Assembly: GCA_013239625.1 (NCBI GenBank)
Contig: MU055744.1
Coordinates: forward strand, 1,208,355-1,272,354
Length of the DNA stretch: 64,000 nt
From: Lama guanicoe
Taxonomy: Eukaryota
Direction: 5' to 3'
Positions 22,740-36,100 of the stretch are shown here, one piece after another (the first letter of the stretch is position 1; the number at the start of each line of letters is the position of its first letter). A program made the translations under genes and the position numbers. The notes beneath the pieces are model-generated. The model saw only the letters and a list, made by a program, of their open reading frames with translations. It did not search any database and was not told the DNA's origin.

Positions 22740-22840
22740 GCTTCATAAATGAGACTGCAGCTCAGAGAGGTCAAGTGACTTCCCCAGGTCACACAGATAG
22801 TAAGTGGTAAAACTAGCGCCTGAACTTAGGTCTCCCTCCC
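22740..22840 (-). mobile_element. MIR SINE fragment
   Basis: GCTCAGAGAGGTCAAGTGACTTCCCCAGGTCACACAGATAGTAAGTGG. Confidence 0.7.
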
Positions 22841-24339
22841 TGCTAGGACGGTTTAGGCAGATTGTGATTCCACAAGCTTCGCCTCCGCTGTTGGGCGGGC
22901 CCTGCTGGATGCCCGGCCTCCTTCTCAGGTGGTTCGTGGTGTGTCTGTTTCCGTGGGATGGACAGGGAGGGGGGAGTGCGTGCCTGTTTCCTGTGGGGAA
23001 TCTGGACACTTTGCTGGCGAGTGGGCAGGGCCTGTCCCCCTCCCTGCTGTCATGGGGTGCCTGTCCGTGGGCCCGTCCAGCTCAAATGCCTGCCACATAG
23101 CCCCTCGCTCCAGAGTGCCACACTGGCTTCTTCTGGTGACATCCTATTTTTAGAGGACAGCATTTCGAGTCCCCCTTCCGTCTGAGTTGACCTCAGGTGG
23201 GTTATTGGCCCTAAAGGGGCATAATAGCAGTGTGCACTTACTGAGTATCTGCTGTATACAGAGCCAGGTACTGGGAGGTGTTCAGGGATGGATGCAAGTT
23301 GCCCCTTTGTCTTGTCCTTCCGGAGCCAGCAGGGTATGCTTTATTTTTATTTTTTTTATATCCAAAATGCCTGGAAGCCACCTTGGGTTTAATTACACTA
23401 ATTAGGCATGGTCACAATCTGCTGATCTTAATAAGAGAGCGTGTGTGCCTGGAGCAGCTTCGGTTATGAGGCCCTGAGTTTGCTGATGCCAGCAGACAGC
23501 CCCTGCATTTGAACCTTTGAGGCACCGCCGCCCAGACTCTTGACCGCACCACCCGGCAGGCCTTCTCCCCGTAGAACAGACTGGGGACCCCATCTGTTTG
23601 GGACCCGAGCCTGCCAGGGTTTCCCACTGCCCACACCTCCAGCCTCCAGTCCTTCCCGTCCCTGCCTCGTGTCTGACGCTCCAGCCTGCCCCCTCCACCC
23701 CCACACCTTTGCCATCAGTGTCCATCGTGTGCTGTGCCCTTGCTGGAAGACTACCTCTCCTTTTGCCCTGGATCTTCCCGGAGGAGCCAGTCTATTGGCC
23801 CTTCCTCCAGGAAGCCTCCTCTGATTTCATTCTCTTCCCACCCTGCTGCGTTGCGAGCCTGGCCCCTGCCTCCCCATGCTGTGTGCCGGGTATGTACCTC
23901 TAACTCTTCCTTTCCACACTTTGCTTTAGTAAAACCCACATCGTTCGGGAGCTACACCCTTGCTGCTCACTCTCCAAAACCCAGGGTCTGGAGAGCTTCC
24001 GAGTGGGGGATGCCGGCATCCATGTGTGGTGGCCCTCCGCCTCCAAACCAGGGTGAGCCCTCCCCAGGCTTCCTTCCTGGGTCCTGCAAAGCCAGGCCTC
24101 TGCTCCTTTGTTGCTCTGGTCCTTCCTTCGAGGAATGGTCACTGGGCCCCTGGCTGCCAGGCAGGGGTCCATTCCCTGCTCCGAGACGCCTCTGGGTGAG
24201 CAGGAAACACAGTGGGTTGACGAGGTGCCCGTGGACGAAGACGTGGCCTTCAGGTGTCCAGAGAGTGTCCAGAATGCAAGCAGGACACGGTTCCCGAGGC
24301 CGCGGGGTGTGAGGGGCCGATTCTAGCGGAAACGAAGCT

Positions 24340-25200
24340 GTATCTTTCCTCCTTTTTGAGTCTGATTTCTTTTTAATTTTGAAAATATCCTGACACACTT
24401 GAGAGGAAGTTGGTGACTCGGTGCCCTGTATCCCCGAGTGTTTCTGTGTGCTTCCTACAGACGAGGGTCCCCTCCACAACCACAGTGCCGCCACCTGAGC
24501 CCAGAAGACCCATATGTCCACAAATGCCCCTTTCAGCAAAGGGTCAACTTGAGGGCTGGGCCACCCCTCAGCCTGTCTTTGATTTTCCCAACCTTGTTGC
24601 TTTTGAAGGTTCCAGGCAGAACCTTCCCTGGGTTTATTTGCAGAATGTCCCTCCTTTTGGGTTTATTTGCCACCTCCTCGGGTTGGATTCAGGCTTTGCA
24701 CCCGTAGGGGTCGGGCAGCCACGATGCTGCCTTGTCCTGACATCCTGTCTAGCAGGTGGTACATGGTTTCCAAGTGTCCCCTTGCTGGGGGTGTTGGCTT
24801 TGATCACCTGATGAAGGCAGTGTTTGCCGGGGTCTCCACCGTGAGGGCCCTCTGTCCCCCCTCGGAGGTCACAAATATTCCCAGGAAGGAACTTTGAGAC
24901 AGCTTCGGGGTCTAGTCCCACCTTCTGCTTTCTTTGCTTTTTCTTTTCCTTTCTTTTCTCTCTCTCTCCACCACTTTGGTTGACGGTTCCTTGTCTTACT
25001 CTGCGAAGTATTACCTGTGTTTGTCAGTGTTTATTTTGATGCCCAGATCGGCTCAGGTGTGACCAGTGGGAATTGCTTAAAGCTGGCTTCCGTGTGTCTT
25101 CTTGAGCCTCCCACCATTTTTGGAGCATCGTCTCTTTCGGGGCACAAGACATCTAAGCTCCTCTTGTATCTTATCTTGTCCGAGCTCAGGACGCAGGCGT
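24340..25200 (-). mobile_element. Old L1 (L1MC-like) fragments
   Basis: TTTTTAATTTTGAAAATA, TTTGCAGAATGTCCCTC, TTTGATCACCTGATGAAGGCAGTG and TTTATTTTGATGCCCAGAT are typical of reverse L1MC4-like 3' ends. Confidence 0.55.
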
Positions 25201-26514
25201 GTGTCTAAGGAGCTGGCTCCGCAGGGCAGAGGCGTATGTAGGAGCCGAGATCCGGGCGCAGGTGCACCTGCTGCAGGGTGTCCGCACCTCCAGACGCTCT
25301 CAGCAGTCAGACCAGGGCCGTGTGTGCATCTGAGTAAACACAGGCGTGTGTGTGTCCGTGTGCACACATGGGGCTGCACACGTTCACGTGTATATTTGTT
25401 TTCTGTCTCTTCAGCGCTGCCAAGTAGAAATGTGTGACTGCATCTGGCTTTTGAAATTTCTGGGGGTCATGTTTAAAACGTAAAAAGAAATGTATCTCGT
25501 TAATTCTCATAATATATTGTATTTCACCCGTGCCCAGCGGGCTGGGAATCAGATCTGCGGAGGTGAAGAAATCACGTTCTCTTTAAGTGTCAAACACAAA
25601 TGTGCACAGGAAACAAAACAGATACACAGTACGTCTTGTGGCATTAAAATTTCATGCGGGAAGGGCAGTTAGGACAAGGGCCTGGAAAGGCTCCTAAGGG
25701 GGAGGGTAATGACAAGAAGCGTGAGAAACACTGATTCCCCTAACATTAGCATTTCCAGGTGGCAGAGTTTGTGGCCCCCAGCGTGTGGAGGAGGGGAAGG
25801 GCGTGGGGGAGGGAAGGGGAGAGGGGAGTGGAGGCTGGTGGACCTGGAGGCAGGTGTTTAGCACTGACCTGCTGACCGGAGGGGCACTTGCAGGGCTGTG
25901 TGGGGCAGGGTTTGAGGCTGGGGTCTGGAGTCAGCAGGAAAGGCTGGTGGGTGTCACCTGCGCAGGTTGTGGGAGGGCACAAGCTGGCGTTGGTGGCTCA
26001 TGACCTGTTTGTGCCATGTGCGCTGATTATGAAGATCTGTCTTTGGCATGGGCCGCCGGGGTCAAACCAAGAAGAACGCTGTGTGTTGGCTGGGGAGGCC
26101 ATCTTGGGGGACCAACCTCCTCTGTGCCCTGAGCCCCGGAAATGATGTGTCTTGGGGCTTGGGATGGGGGTATGGGGGCTCAGCTGACAAAGGTGGGTAG
26201 CCACAAGGTGCCCCCACCCTGGTGCCTCATTTCAGCCCCCATGAGGTCCTGGTGACCGAGGATGTCCCCTCCTTGGCAGCATGGTGTCCTCTGGCCCCTG
26301 CCTCTTGTCCCTGTGCCCAGGCCATGTCTGTGGCTGTGGCTTCCCAGGAGAAGACGGTGCTGCCGGGCCCGGCGTGGGGTGCCCTGGTTTAGGCCGATGC
26401 CCTGCAGCTCTGGGACTGGGGCCCTACCAGGTGGCCCTCCTCTCTGACTGCCCCCCTTGAATCCAGCTCTTTCTCCCTCGGCACCCAGGCGGCCACAGCC
26501 ACCCCCTCCCAGAG

Positions 26515-26830
26515 CAGCTATTGGCAAACATTTTATGTCGGGGGCCAGGCAGTCAATATTTCTGGCCCTGAGGGCCAGACGGTCTCTGTCGCAAGAGCTC
26601 ACCTCTGCCCTCACAGTGCGAGGGCAGCTGTGGATGATCTGTAAACGAGTGTGTGGCTGTGACCGATAACATTTATTTCTGGGGAACGAAATTTGAATTT
26701 CATATACTTTTCGTGTGTTATGAAATCCTATTCTCCCTCCCCTGCCATGAAATCCTAAAAACCTTTCTACTAAGGTCTGTAGGCTGTACAAAACCAGGCA
26801 CGGAGCCAGCCCGCTGCTCCCCGTCTGCTT
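26515..26830. mobile_element. hAT-Charlie MITE (MER58B-like)
   Basis: TTGGCAAACATTTT...GGGCCAG...GTCAATATTT, GTCTCTGTCGCAA, GTAAACGAGTGTGTGGCTGTG, AAATTTGAATTTCATATA and GGCTGTACAAAACCAGGC. Confidence 0.8.
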
Positions 26831-29029
26831 AGAGCCCTTTCCGGGGCCGGCGAAGGTGGCCGCATCCTCCGGGCTGCCCCCTCCTGGCTCCCATCACAGT
26901 TTGCATGAATCACGGTCGTGTCTCCGTTTGTGTCCAGAGCCCTTGGCGTCAGCTGCTCACACAGGAAGTGTTCCGTAGAACAAAGCTTTTCCACCGCTGA
27001 TCTTGTGCCAGGAAGTGTGCTGAGCGCTGCCTGGGCGACCTCCTTGCTTCGCGGAACGCGTGTGGCTGGGGCTCTGCTCTCAGCCCCACTTCTCCGCCGG
27101 GGAGGCTGAGGCCCCTCACGTCTGGAGCGGCGTCTGGAGCGGCGCTGGCTGCGAACAGGTCCTCCAGCATGTAGTGAGCGAGGTGCGCTGCCTGGCGGCG
27201 GCAGGGCAGCAGGCCCCTGCGTTGTGGCGAGGATCCGGTGATGACAGGTCACTGGCCTGGCTGAGCCCCCATCTCCCCATCTGGAAGGGGGCTCTCGCAG
27301 GCTGTTGGGGGAGCTTAGAGAGAAAGTAAGAGCCTGCCTCCAACCAGGCCGACTCAGTCTCAGAGCACGTGCCCCCTCCCCACGCCCAGGGGCCTGACTC
27401 GCTCCCCACGGCTGGACACTGGTCCTAGCTCCCCGCTGCCTCCTGGGCCAGCTGCCTTCCCTCCCCCTCCACTCTTCACCTGGCTTCGTGTTGCCTCTGG
27501 GGGCCCAGCCGCAGCAGAGCCTGGAGGGTGGACTGCCAGGGCCCCAGCTCTGCCCCTCCCTCTCTTAATTTACCCTTCCACCCCAGGCGGTGGGGGGTGG
27601 GGGAGGGGGAGGGGATGGATGGAGGATCCTTGGCCGAGGGGTGGAGGGCCCAGGGTTGGGGAACGGCAGCACTGCCCCTTCCTCTGAGGGTGATGGGGGA
27701 ACACTTGCCAAAAGGGGTCTCACATCCTCTGCCGTTTCCTTCCGAGGGAGTCTGGGGTTGGAGGGGGCAGGACTTGCTGTCATGTCCTTTGAGGTGGTGC
27801 TGGTCCTCAGCAGGTGCCGAAGCTTGGATCCCTGGGGCCAGGGAGACTGGAGGGCTTCATGGAGGAGGTGGCACTTGAGCTGGTGTTGAAAACTGGATGC
27901 CCTTAGGTAGCTAAGGGTTGGAAATGGGTGGATGCTGCAGAGATGGGCTCTATAGGGGCAGAGGCTGGGGTGGGGGGTTCCCACTCTGCCCCCCAGGCAG
28001 ATGGCTGCTGCCTGGCCGCTCCCTGTCCTGGGAAGCTTTGTTGTCTGCTGCCCAGCCTCGGGTGACGCTGTGAGACCCTGTGAGGCTGTGCCCGGGTTAA
28101 CAGAGAGGTGACAGGCCGTCTTGAGGTCGCACAGCTGCGTGGGGGCCAAGGCCTCAACAACCTGCCCGTGTCCCTCAGTCCCTGGAGGACCCTTCACTTT
28201 GCTCTTCATTCCACCGGAAAACCAGCCCTTGCATGGGCCTCTGCGGATGAGGAGTCTCGGGGACCACGCAGGGCCTGGACCCAGAGATGGCCCGGGGCTG
28301 GCCGGCTCTGCCTTCTGGCTGCTTAGCTTCTGGAGGGGGTCCCCTCACTTGCTCCCAGGTGACTGGGAGAGGGTCACTCTGGCATTACTCAAGTCCCATT
28401 CGCCGAACATCCACCCCCAGGCATCCGGCAGAAGAGAGAACCGTGTCCTTCTGAGTGGAGGGAGACAGAATAAAGAATTCGTGAAGAAAGAGAGATGCAG
28501 AGAAAGGCAGCAGGCAGGAGGCTGGGGGCTGCCACTCGGGAAGCTGAGGCAGGCTTCCCGGAGGAGGTGCTGGGGGCCTCTCTGCCAGCGTGCTTCCTGC
28601 CTGCTCTGAGCTGGAACGGGCGCATGGCCTGGAGTGACGTTCAGGCCTGTCATGAAGGGGGCGCTGCCAGAAGGGGTGGTCTCTGGGCGGGGTCCTCATG
28701 TGCCCAAGACGCAGCCCCCTGGCCAGGCCAGCTCTGCCGTGTGAGCGGCTGTGCCTCTGTGCTTCAAATCTCTGCCTACAGAGTGTGGCTTTTGTGTTTC
28801 TGCCTGCCCCATCCACATCCTCCGTCCAGTTCTGTATGGCTGCCCGCTGTCTGCTCCTCCCTCCATGCACCTGGGGACCCTGGGCCGCCCACTCTGGTGG
28901 AGCTGTCTGGGGGCAGCCCCCCAGGGACCCACCCGTTTTCTCACCCTGCGCCTGGCCTGTGCGCCCCAGGCAGTGGGGTGACCGCTGACTCATCCCTGGG
29001 GTGGGGACAGGCGCAGCACCGGACCCTCT

Positions 29030-29210
29030 GGGACCTGGATTCAAATCCTGGTCTCCACTTCCTGGCTGTGTGACCCCTGCCCCCACCTCAGGCCCCACCG
29101 CCTCTGCTGTAAAGGGGGTTTTGACAGCCACCTCGTGGGGTTTGGCTGAGAGCAGAGGACCCAAAGCTGTCAGCCCAGTGTCTGGAGGTGGTACGTGCTC
29201 AGTGGATGGT
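29030..29210 (+). mobile_element. MIR SINE fragment
   Basis: ACCTGGATTCAAATCCTGGTCTCCACTTCCTGGCTGTGTGACC. Confidence 0.65.
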
Positions 29211-31529
29211 GCCCCCCCCCACTGCACCGAGATCCTCTCCCTCCACGGCCTCACTCTGGGCGTCCGGCCCTTTGGAGCCTGGAAGGAGGGGTGGGGGGGT
29301 CTGCCTCTCCCTGTAGAGGCCCCTCCCCTAGCTCGTGCTCTGGAGCCTGACGGGGGAGAGGTCAGGGCGGGGAGAGGGGTGGCCGCCGCAGGACCCGCAG
29401 ACCTGCTTCCACACTGGGCACCACGCTTGGGCGGGACAAGCCCCTGCCCCGCTCAGCCCTGGAAGCTTCGCGAGCAGCCGGGCCGAGCTCGGGCCGCGCT
29501 CTTGGTCCCAGCTCTCCGCCATCGGGGGCCCCCTGGTCAGCATCCTGCAGCTGCCCTGACTGTTCTGGTTTCTGGATCCAAAAGATAAACAAGAATAACA
29601 GACGTGTGGCTGCAGAGGGAGGCTGGGCTGGGCAGTGGGCGCCCGAACTGCCGGCTGGGACGGGGGGTCCCCAGGCGAGGCTCCCCACCTGCCAGCGTGG
29701 GTTCGGAGGCCTGAGTGCTGCTCAAAACGCACGGTGCTTCTGCTCTGCGGGTTTCGTCTGCAGTCTTCGCAGCGTTCACGTAAGGATTAAAGTAACTACT
29801 TTCAACGCCGACTCCTTGTGCCCTCGAGCCAGCGTAAACTTTAGGCCGCAAGTGCTTCTGTGCGTTTGCTTTGTTTCGTGCTTTTGGTTCTAAAGGCAGT
29901 GTGTGCATGGGTGTCTGGCGAGCGCTGGTCCAGGCGGGAAGGGATCACGGCTGCTGGCCCCCGGCCTCCCGTCCCTCCGGGGGCTGCTCCTCCTCCGGGT
30001 CTTTCCAGGGATGGGGTCCACCCCCAAGTCCTCCGGGGCCCCCGGGGCCCGTTTGTCCTCTGTGGGGGGCGGGGGTGCTGGTCAGAGGACTTGGTAAGGT
30101 GCTGCTCACCGCCTCCTGACCAGCTCGCCCGCTCTGCTCGGGGCTTTGGCGGCTGCAGCAGGAGAGGTGTCTCCCGGGACGCGGCGGGCGGCGGAGTCAG
30201 GTGCGGGGTGGGGGTGGCTGTCACAGGCCCAGACGGAGCCATCTTGCAGGTGGGCGGGTTTGGGTTCCAAATGTTTCTCTGTTCCGTTTGCCTCCTGGTC
30301 CCACCCAGCCCTGCCTCTGCCCGGCCTCTCCGCAGACGTACCGTCCACACTTCCAGTTTCCACCACGCTTGCTTGATTGTCACGTCTGTCTCACCAACGT
30401 AGGATGCCTTCGGGGGTGGTGGTGCAGGCACCGTGCTGAGCGCGTGGACGACCCCAGTGCCGGGGAGAGGGGCCAGTGCGGCCCCGCCTATCAGGGCCAT
30501 GCCGTCACGAGAAGCTGGGTCTGGACTTGCCCGGCCTTCCTCCCGCCTGACTCCCAAGGCCCACGTTTTGATCTCCTCCCTGGGGACTGGCTCTGGTTGG
30601 CAGGAGTGTCCCTGAAGGTGTGGCCCGGTGAGACGGGCGGGCCTCTGCTCCTGGGCCTGGGTGTCCCTCCCGGGAGGACAGAGGTCGTGGATGCAGCACG
30701 GACTGCTCATCTGTCAGCTGCATCCAGGGTGTCAGGTTCTTGGGACTGTTGCCACGTGTCCTGGGCACGCAGGACACTGGGGAGGGTTCGTCCGTTCACG
30801 CCCTGTGTCCAGGTCCCCCTGGGGTGGTGGAAGGTTCTAGAGCCTCACGCTCATGACAGCCACACCCTGAGACGCTCCCTCTCTTGCCCCCGATCTCCCC
30901 CAACTCTTAATTTACTCCTCCGCCCCGGACACCAGGTGTCTGTGTTTTCCTCCCCAGCGCCCAGCTTACCTCAGAGACCCCCGGCAGTCCTTTTGGTGAG
31001 ACCAGGGACCTTTCAGATCCGAGCTGTTTCTGTCCTCAGACGATGGTGACTCACGGGTTCTGAGCGCCCGTCTGGGTGCTGGGGAGGGGGAAGTCTCTCT
31101 CCTCCTGAGGTGGCTTTATCCACGCCCCTCCCCTGCTGTAGGGCCCAGAGGGAGAAGGTGGGAGGCGGGGCCCGGAGACGGGCGCTTGGGCTCCCCGGCC
31201 CCTCCGGCCGCGTCCCCCTGCCCTCTGGGCCTCTGTGCTCCCGGCTGTGGAGGGGCCGGCCGCCGCCGCCTCTCGTGGTGTCTGGGCACAGTCGGTGTGG
31301 CTAGGGCCCAGAGCTGGAGGCCTGGCTTTGCCGCTGACCACCGTGGCCGCCGAGTCTGCCCGTGGCGGGGCCTCGGTCCCGTCCTCTGCAGGACGGGGGT
31401 GAAAGCAGTGTCCTCCTCAGCGGGCGAGGGGACGAGCGGCGTGCGCCCCGTCCAGGCAGCGGGGCGTCACCCAGCCACTCTGAGCGCAGCCCTGACGCTG
31501 CAGCGTGGTCGGGCCTCGGGAGCGTGCTG

Positions 31530-31760
31530 GGTGGAAGCAGCTGGCGCAGGAGGACAGGCGTCGCGTGACTCCACTTACGTGGAAACGCCCAGGAGGGACG
31601 GGTCCGTGGGGACGGAGAGGAGACGGGGGCAGTCCCGGCGGCTGTCCGGGGCTGGCGGAGGAGGGGGTGGGGTGTCTGCTAACGGGGGTGGTGGAGGTTC
31701 TGGGACCAGGTGGGGTTGGCAATTGCACAACGCTGTGAGCGTGCTCAGGTTTATGTCAGG
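31530..31760 (+). mobile_element. L1MB-like 3' end, GC-shifted
   Basis: GTGACTCCACTTACGTGGAAACGCCCAG...CTGCTAACGGG...TTGCACAACGCTGTGAGCGTGCT. Confidence 0.55.
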
Positions 31761-32963
31761 TGTACTGCAGCACAGTGACGGGAGTAGCGCTGCCCTCGAA
31801 GGGTTGGCGGGGGGGGCCTGAGGGAGGAGCCGCAGCAGGTGCCTGCCAGGCGGCGCCCGCGGGCACAGGGCACCTTCCCCGTGAGGGCCTCCTCCGTAAG
31901 GGACGCTAAGTCACGTTTGGAGACCACGTCGGTGTACAGGCAAACACACAAACAGCGTACTTAGATACGTGAGTGTTTAGATGTTGTCTTCCAGCTCAGA
32001 CTCTTCTGCAGCCCCTAGAAGTGCCGCCGGCAGTGCCCGGTGGCGTCGGGCCCGCGCGGCTGCCCTGGCAGCTGCGGGCAGCGCGGGTGGCCGTCGGGAG
32101 GGGCCGGCCCAGCAGGTTCCCGCCGGGGGGCTGAGCCGGGGGTCAGGGGGAGACTGCCCGCCCAGGGGCGCGGCCCGGGGTGGGGCCGGGTATTTCTGTC
32201 TCCACTCCTGCATCCTGGGCCGGCGGCAGCCTCGGGCCCGGAGGGCAGCGCTGGGGAGGCGGGCCGGGTCTGTGGCTGCTGATAGCAGGGACTTGTCCGA
32301 GTCCCCGGTGCCCTCATGGCTCCCTGTAGTGAAGAGGGAAGGCGGGTCCAGGGAGCACCGGAGCTCTCGGGCCACTGGCTTCGTGCTTGTTTCTCAGTTG
32401 CCCCACCTGTAAAATGGGGCCATCATGTCTGCTCTAGGTCCTCCGGGGGCGGGAGGGAGGATGGCCCTGGGCTTCTGCAGTCCCTGCAGGGCCACCCGCT
32501 GTCGGGGCGTCTAGAGGGGACGCACGGGATCTGTGCACGTGGACTCGCTCTGTGGAAGCTGCCCTGCCTCTGACCCCGCGGTCTCCTGTCCTTGACCACG
32601 TCTTAAGAAGGGGCGTTGTCACACGGCGCCCCATGTCAGGCCAGCCGCCTGGGAGCTGTGGTCGCCCCAGGAAGCAGCCTGCGGACGCAGCGCCTGCTTC
32701 CAGGGCGGACGTGTGTTTTCTGAGGTGTCTGGGAACATCTCGGCTTCCTCGCGTTGGCTGATGGTGCGAGGTTCCCGGAGTCTCCCCGCCCTGCAGGGAG
32801 GCTGGGCCAGGACCCCTGGGGACATCCCATCCTAGAGTCACGTGCGGGCAGTGTGCTTCCTGAGTCTTTCCTGGGCTGGAGCTGAGGGGTGGGCCATGGG
32901 GGACACCAGCTTTGTCTGGAGTGAAGGACTGAGTCAGTAAATCCAGACTTTCACATCGCCTCC

Positions 32964-33163
32964 NNNNNNNNNNNNNNNNNNNNNNNNNNNNNNNNNNNNN
33001 NNNNNNNNNNNNNNNNNNNNNNNNNNNNNNNNNNNNNNNNNNNNNNNNNNNNNNNNNNNNNNNNNNNNNNNNNNNNNNNNNNNNNNNNNNNNNNNNNNNN
33101 NNNNNNNNNNNNNNNNNNNNNNNNNNNNNNNNNNNNNNNNNNNNNNNNNNNNNNNNNNNNNNN
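32964..33163. other. Assembly gap (200 N)
   Basis: Run of N. Confidence 0.99.
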
Positions 33164-36100
33164 CTGGCGGAGCTCTGCATGGGCTGTGCAGCTGTGTTCC
33201 CCAGGACTGAGGCATCGCATTTCTGGGGCCAGGTGCATGTGTGAACAGATCCGAGTGGGCGTTGGGGTCGGGAGGCCAGGCTCGGTCTGCCGTCTGCACG
33301 GTGCCCTCTCTGTCTGTCTCCGGCCCTGGTGCGTCTGGACGCTGCCAGCCACCTCTGGATGGGCTCGGAGCTCACGCCCACTTTCCTTCAAGCGGCCGAG
33401 GGGTTTTGCCCACAGGGCTCTGCCCCTCCGTCCTCCCTGCTTGCGGGGAGCCCTGGCCGCATCCCCATGGCCGCATCCCCACTGCGGGTCAGGAAACAGG
33501 TGGTGCAGGTGGCCGCTGAGCAGTGCGTTCTTGCTGCTGGGAACCCTGGACCCGCTCTGGGGCCCCATCCTGCCCCCTCTGCCTGTCTGGGCCTCCTGCT
33601 GGTGGTGGGAAATGCTCAGCCCGGGAAGGAGGCCGGAGTGACATGGCCCCGTCTCACCTTGCCCAGCGGAGGGGCTCTGGCCCTCAGTCTCTCTTCTGCT
33701 TTGCCATCTGGTGGCTTGGGGACTGCAGGTCGGCACCTGGGCTGCCTCTCAGTGGCGGTGGGCAGTGGATCTGGCCAGGACGGTTTCTCGTGCGGGAGCG
33801 CTCAGCCCTCTCTGACGTTCCTTGGTCATGATGGGGTCGCCTGTCTCGCTGTGCCTGCTCTGGGCTGCTCCCAGGGCCACCTGGCGATGCTGAAATGATC
33901 CTAATTAGTCACGAGACTGGAGGCGCTTAGCTGTGGGTCAGGCCCCAGCAAAGGGCAGCCCCTGGAGGGAGAGGAGTCATTGACTATTTGGCAGCTCTGG
34001 AAACCGAGGCTCTGAAAGCACAGGTGCTTGTCTGAGTCTACCTGTGGGAGATGGAGGTGGGAGTTCCGAGGCCTCCCGTGCACCTGTGGCCTCCGCAGGG
34101 TGTTGGTGGGCCTCTGAGACGTGAGGTTTATCCCTGTGTCAACGCTCCCATTGGTAATTCCTACACTGTCACCCACTCTCTGTTCGTAACTCATGTGTGT
34201 AATAAAATTTTTTTCCTCAATAAGGGGGAAGATAGAATTTCCATACACCACTCCCTCCTCATGCAAATAAACCTTAGGAGAAATGGGCCTGTCATCTCTT
34301 TGGGTGTATTTGCGGTAATTTAGCTGCTTAAACGAAACATCTGTCAGCCCGCCGGGCTCAGGCGGGCAGAGCCGCAGATGCAGACGAGAGCGCCTGGGAG
34401 GCAGCGTGTTCGCTGCAGGGGCTCGGACTCGTGGCCAGACCCGCCAGCCTGCAGGTGCCTTTGGCACCTGAGGCCACTGTGACAGGGTGTGGGGGGCTGG
34501 AGCGTTTGTACCCCATCCCCTCGGGTCCCTGAGGACCGCAGGAGCGTCCCTGGTCGTGGCCTGGCCAGAGGCTGGCAGTGGGCCTCCAGGACCGGGAGGC
34601 ACCAGCCTCGCCGCTGATGTGCGGACTTGGCTGGGGCCGGGGCCGGGGAGAGGCTGCCTGCTCCTGCAGCCTGCACACGCCCGAGGGACTTTTAAGCCCA
34701 GGCTGTCCTTGCGCTGTTTCCTCCTTCAGGGAGGGAAGGGTGGGTCCCTGTCGTGGTGGTAGGAGCTAGGCCAGGCCTGAGCCTCAGACCTGCTCCGTGG
34801 CTGACGAGGCCAGTGAGCCCCTAGGCCAGCGTCTTAGTCACCCCTTGCCCAGGTCACTTGGCTCGTCTTTCAGATGGGCTGCTGTGTGATGTGTGAGGTC
34901 CCTGGGGCCTCGGGCCTCGTGCGGGCCCCAGTCCCCGGCTCCTCGTGGGCACCGGATCGTGAGTGCCTGCCCATCCTCCCCTTTGGAAACTCTGCTCTGT
35001 GTGAAATTCAGTTTTGGGACCCGGCAGGCACTGGTTTCTTTTTGAGTCCCGTGTGGTGCAGTGGGACCGTGCCGGGGCACAGCTGGGCCCTGGCTGGAGA
35101 ACACCTGGCCCCAGGCCTTTCTGTGAACACGGTCACTTCACTTGTAGTTTGATTCTTGGGGGAGGGGGCTGCGCCTTTTCTCGAGGCCCTTCCTTCCCAA
35201 CTACCTGTTGGAGATCTCTCTTCCTTTAAGAGCTGCCAGATCTCGCGCCTCCTCCAGGGAGTCCTCCTGGATTTCTCCAGCTCTTCCTGCAACTGCCACA
35301 GGTCACCTGGGCCTCCTGGCTCTTAGGGAACATTTACTGAGCCTGTGAGAGACTTGCCCTCAGGGTGAAGGAAAGATGAGTGAGACTTGGCGTCTCTTCA
35401 AGGGGTCCAGAGTCTCAGGGGAGAGTGGGAGCAGCGGTCATCTCGAGGGGAAGTGACAGGGTCTTGGAGCCACTGCCTTGAAGGAGGCAGGGTGTGGCTC
35501 TTGGGTGGGTGGCTTCATCCTGGGTGCCAGGGAGTCCTGGAAGGAGTTGGAGAGAACACGATGTGCCTGGATTTGGCTTCAGAAACTTCTGCTGTGGCTG
35601 CAGTGCTGGGAGTGGATTGGAGGGCAGGTCTAGAGTCTGGGACGTTGGGGAGGAGGCGGATGTGGTCACCCCCGCAGGAAAGCTGATCGGGCCTGCCCTG
35701 GTGGGGGATGCAGGGTGGGGGAGGGAGAGAAACCAGGGGTCCAGGGCTGTGCAGAGCTGACCGTGGATCGGACACGGGGTGATGAAGAGGGCGCCCTGGT
35801 GTGGGGCTCGGGCAGGGGCGTGGAGGGTGGAAAAAGCCCAGGCCCCGCCCTCGGGGTTGGCTTTGGCCGAGGGCCCAGGGAAGGCCCGGCTCTCCCAGCG
35901 GCCCGTCCGGGATCTGCCCTGACGGGAGTTGGGGGACGTTCCAGCCCCACCCTCTGTGCTGTCTGTCTGGCTTGGAGCTTCCTGCTTCTTTTCCAGTTTC
36001 CATGTGGCTGACCACAGCAGTGTCCAGGCTGGACTTTGTGGGGGGTGTGCCCACCTCTGCACCCTCCTTGCAGAGCCAGTCCACCAAGAGAAACACCTCT

